Of a stretch of DNA of 64,000 nt, positions 61,138 through 64,000 are shown piece by piece. Source of the DNA: Klebsormidium nitens. Taxonomy: Eukaryota; Plantae; Klebsormidiophyceae. The DNA is taken from assembly GCA_000708835.1 (NCBI GenBank), contig DF237167.1:1-64000 (forward strand), in the 5' to 3' direction. Numbering within the stretch: position 1 is the first letter of the stretch; every line of letters begins with the position of its first letter. The notes under the pieces were generated by a model. The model ran no database searches. It was not told the DNA's origin and was given only the letters and a program-made list of their open reading frames with translations. The translations under genes were made by a program, and so were the position numbers.

Positions 61138-63184
61138 TGTGAAGCGGGCCTGAGCTACTAGCGACCCGTCGTGGCTCTTTCAGTGGAAAGAACTTTCATA
61201 GAGCAGAAGAAGCTTTGGATCTACCAGGTTTTAAGTATGCACCCGGACTTTTGTAGAAGCGAGCTTCGCTTCTGAACTTGAGCTGGGGTCAGCCCAGTTT
61301 GCGACTTCCACGATTTGAGCGGGTCAGGCATGTTTGGTTGGAACTCTGAGGAGGCAAAAAGTCCAATGGAAATTGCTCTGTCTTGATATCGAGCTTGATT
61401 GTGCTAGCTGCGAATCATGGACACAGAGCCGGCCTGATGTCATAGCCGGCAGCTTGCTTCAACCCAACCGCTGGATTGTCTGCAGAAAGCCAGCTGAAAG
61501 AAAATGAGCGAATCATCGCCGCTGCTGATGTCAGTGATGGGGACAAGTTAGGACGGTCGGATGATTTTTGATCGCACGTATACCGGCGTAGTATTGTACG
61601 ATGCGCCAACGTTCGTGCACACTGCTCATCCGGTACCGTCATAAGTGCCAGGGAGCCACAGTGATCTAGCTAGGTATTGCCCCCATACTTCAGTGTGAGG
61701 GGGCCCAACATTACAAGTTATTTTCAGCTTATATCTGAATTTCGGTGAATATTGCGTCTAGAAATGTTATCAAATATCATCAATTTGTCTTCTAGGGGGG
61801 TTCTGTTGGATGACTGACCCTGAGTACCCCTGTTTATAGAATTAAGCGTCAATTTCGACTCAATCGACCTAGCAGGGGGCAATTTCGCGCAGAATCTGGG
61901 CCCCCAATCAGTGACTGAGGGGGCCCACCGGGCCCCCGAAGAACGGGTCCAGGGGGCTCGGGGCCCACCAATTGAAAAAGTTAGCGGAAACACTGTATTT
62001 AACCCCTTGCTTAGTAAAGTTACTGGTATGCGTACCCTTGTTAGCGGTCGATCCAGGCTCTATAGCTACAGCCTACCAGTAGGTAGTGTGGTACAGATTT
62101 TAGAACTGGACCACTGGACGGTACGTATTGGTGGAGAATCTGAAGGCTGAAGGGTAACGGTGCCGTACTTACGTACACTGTAGAGTACTCTTTGTACGTA
62201 CCTTTTTATTTCCTAGAGAAGACTCGAGAGTCGAACGTACACCGTCCCCTACGCTTGGCTGAGCTCACTGGCAGCAAATGCGAAAAAGCACACGTCAACA
62301 CGTGTCCCATACCACTTGTACACTTGCTCTTCATCGGCCCGGTGGAACCAGAAAATGGGCATGTGATTGGCATCGGCATCCTCGATATGTTGGGGCCAGG
62401 AATCTAGCATTTGGCTAAGATTGTTTGAAGATCGAACAGGAAGGAATACGGCATATTGCAATTTACTGTACAAAATAAAGTCCCCTACAAGGGGCCCTCA
62501 ACGGCTGTACGGTGCCAGGACCACTGAATGCGGGCCCCAAATGCGGTCCCTTGGGTGGAACACCCAAATTGACTAGTGGTCAAAGCCGACCCATTCCATC
62601 GGTCTAAACCGGGAAAACCCAAATTCTTTAAATGTTAAGGACGATCAGCAGACACAATTAACGCGCGGACCTTCAGCGTGCGCCAAATTGACCACAATCT
62701 AGAAAAAGTCGTGTAGCAGAACCATTTTCCTCCCGGCCTTGAGTGACGCTACATTCGACCCTACTCATTCAGTTGCGGTATTGGTCCGCAATGATGGCGC
62801 TCCATAATGATGTAATACTCACAGATAGAGCATCCTATAAAGGACCTCGTCCGCCGCTCAGACCTATCGGATACGGGCAAGCACGATCTCCGTTATGGAT
62901 TTTCCGTGTGAGGGATAAAGAGCAGTACATGACAAGCTGCATGGTGAAAGCTCCGCGGGGCGGCTACTCATCGAAGCTCAGACTTGCAGCAATTGACTGT
63001 ACGTTGTTTCATAGCATAGGCACATGAAATCAAACAGCTAGGGGGCAGGCTCCAAACTGCAGTACGCTTCTCCACCTTGAATTCAGGCTGCTTTTCTGAG
63101 ACATCTAGAAATTGTCTTGATAAACTGAGGGCATCGACCCTTCGCTTACAACCACCAAAGGAGTGATCCTCGATGTGTCATCGC

Positions 63185-63926
63185 TCATGCAGTCGATGGG
63201 TGCCACATGTCCAATCTTTCCAACCCCTTCCTCTTCTCTTCGGAGCCAGCCAGGTAATTAGCGTGGACCCAAAACATTTTGCCTTTATTCTTACTGAACC
63301 ACTCCTCCTTCATTCCGTACGCCCCACTGGGGAACCGAACCCTCGGCAGAAGCTGCACCGCAACCCCCCTGCCCGCCAAGATCTCCGGCGAGTTCGTCAC
63401 TTTGTTAAGGCTGACTTGGTCGTTCCCGTGGACCCTGCCGTTCTCCGTCTGGTTGTGTATCGCTTCTATCCACGTGTCGACGAATGTAATCCCGACCTGC
63501 GTAGGTTTCACGTGCATGAAACACGTGCACACATTCAGGCCCACAGTGTCCTTCCCGAGCTGCCGGGAGCCCTCCATGTCGCCCTCGGTGCTCGAGCCGT
63601 CGTCCGTCACGCTGACGTCATATGCTGAGGTCAGGATCTGGTGCGGGTCGCGCAGCCAGACGGTGTCGATGTCGCTGTAAATGACACTGAAGCCCATTCC
63701 GAGCAGGTCGCGCATGTGGTACGCGCGCAGCACCGTGAGGTCGTTGAAGGACTGCGAGCCAAAGGCGGCGAAGTCGTCGGAGAATTTGTCGGACTGCGCC
63801 TCGGATTGGAGGAGAATCGCATGGCCTGGCCAGTGCGCTTCCACGAAGTCGAACGTGGGCTGATCGATAGTGAATGCGATGACGCGGCTCGCCAAACCCA
63901 GGCGTTCCAGGCTCCCGACCCAGTTG
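63185..63926 (-). CDS. Nucleotide-diphospho-sugar transferase (GT77, RRA/RGXT-like), last exon; 5' part lies beyond the window
   Basis: LGMGFSVIYSDIDTVWLRDP (DxD), GNDQVSLN, LLPRVRFPSG and VHANYLAGSEEKRKGLERLDMW; acceptor TTTCGTGCAG at 63927. Confidence 0.88.
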
Positions 63927-64000
63927 CTGCACGAAAGAAAAGCGGGGGTTCTGTTGCAGCCGCGTAGGCATCCAGCTTAGGATTGTCTGCATAACACCAC

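Noticed and set aside
61670-62580. Cluster of GGGCCC motifs suggesting a transposon or site-II elements
   Set aside because: No terminal inverted repeats or TSD could be defined.
1-64000. tRNA, rRNA, snRNA genes and autonomous transposase/RT ORFs
   Set aside because: None recognised by eye; a covariance-model scan (Infernal, tRNAscan-SE) would be needed to exclude small ncRNAs.

Overview
Eukaryotic, intron-containing nuclear DNA of roughly 50% GC. The plant-type gene families and splice signals suggest a streptophyte green alga such as Klebsormidium; this is an inference, not a lookup. The left half holds four things: the 3' end of a Pro/Thr-rich protein with three copies of an unrecognised 6-Cys module; a 16-exon AtEH/Pan1-like EH-domain gene whose introns are full of decayed tandem copies of its own splice junctions; two MITE-like elements; and a remorin-like gene. 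The right half (29.9-64 kb) consists almost entirely of non-paralogous, predicted type-II membrane glycan-modifying enzymes: GT47 exostosin, a fused O-fucosyltransferase/GT8-like protein, a Methyltransf_22-like methyltransferase, a GDS/SGNH PC-esterase-like protein, a GT37 fucosyltransferase and a GT77 transferase. These surround a frameshifted expansin gene with a long Pro/Thr/Ser tail and an orphan PHR1-type LHEQLE exon. The lead hypothesis is a eukaryotic cell-wall/mucilage glycan biosynthetic gene cluster. Exon structures were built by hand from splice signals and reading phase. Family calls rest on recalled motifs; no database search was run.
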